Under the pieces are notes generated by a model. The model saw only the letters and a list, made by a program, of their open reading frames with translations, was not told where the DNA came from and searched no databases. 64,000 nucleotides of DNA from Candidatus Nomurabacteria bacterium RIFCSPHIGHO2_12_FULL_42_19 (GTDB taxonomy: Bacteria > Patescibacteriota > Minisyncoccia > Phycocordibacterales > UBA9973), in NCBI GenBank assembly GCA_001786955.1, contig MFUM01000001.1:410-64409 (forward strand). Reading direction: 5' to 3'. Shown here piece by piece: positions 63,643 through 64,000 of the stretch (positions are counted from its first letter, which is position 1; each line of letters begins with the position of its first letter). Made by a program: the position numbers and the translations under genes.

Positions 63643-63963
63643 TTACGGGGTCAAACCTAAAATTTTACGCAATTCGCTTTTTGTTTTCTTCTTTTTAGTA
63701 ACATAGTTTTCACCTTGAATTACTAAAATTAGGTCAACAAGTTTTGCCAATTGCTTTTTCGTTAGCTTGCTAAACTTCGTGTTAGATAATATCTCACATG
63801 CTTGTAAAAGCGCATGAGCTTGAAGTTTTTTAAATCGAATGTAGAGCAATAAACTTTTAAGAATTTCTCTTATTTGTTTATAGCCATTTATTCGCAGTTC
63901 GGTCATCCCATCATTTCTGTTGGAAATATAACCGATACCTAAAACTTCCTTTATCCAATACAA
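63643..63963 (-). mobile_element. LAGLIDADG homing endonuclease (I-CreI-like) ORF within a 23S rRNA intron; 5' part beyond the window
   Basis: VLGIGYISNRNDGMTELRING...KLTKKQLAKLVDLILVIQ parallels the I-CreI C-terminal half. Located inside the rRNA gene at a classical domain V insertion region. Confidence 0.7.
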
Positions 63964-64000
63964 AGTTTTTGCGTGCCTAGTGTCTTGGTAGAAACAAATG

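Overview
This window is a low-GC, gene-dense bacterial chromosome segment that looks like a reduced-genome (Candidate Phyla Radiation-like) organism. Supporting signs are many small secreted or membrane proteins, deoxyhypusine synthase, a short Zwf/Gnd/Pgl set, and a 23S rRNA intron carrying a LAGLIDADG homing endonuclease. Housekeeping genes found by motif include guaA, pyrG, gatCA, secDF, secG, ftsEX, ftsW, folD, prfB, htpX, htrA, RNase J and a P-type ATPase. There is a minus-strand cluster of five tRNAs (Thr-CGU, Thr-GGU, Asp, Met, fMet). The window ends in a 5S rRNA and the 3' end of 23S rRNA. Accessory content includes: (1) a restriction-modification-like locus with an HTH-fused m6A methyltransferase, a second methyltransferase and an unknown convergent 429-aa protein; (2) a tRNA-Gln-linked GIY-YIG gene flanked by perfect 68-bp direct repeats; (3) tandem repeats carrying partial tRNA 5' ends and promoter-like sequence upstream of four tRNAs; (4) three copies of a twin-hairpin REP-like element with compensatory stem changes; (5) a roughly 0.7-kb high-GC islet bounded by related hairpins; (6) a membrane-sensor fused to trehalose-6-phosphate synthase; and (7) a transcobalamin-like two-gene secreted pair. 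All calls rest on motif recognition by eye. Coordinates of non-ORF features are approximate to within a few bases.
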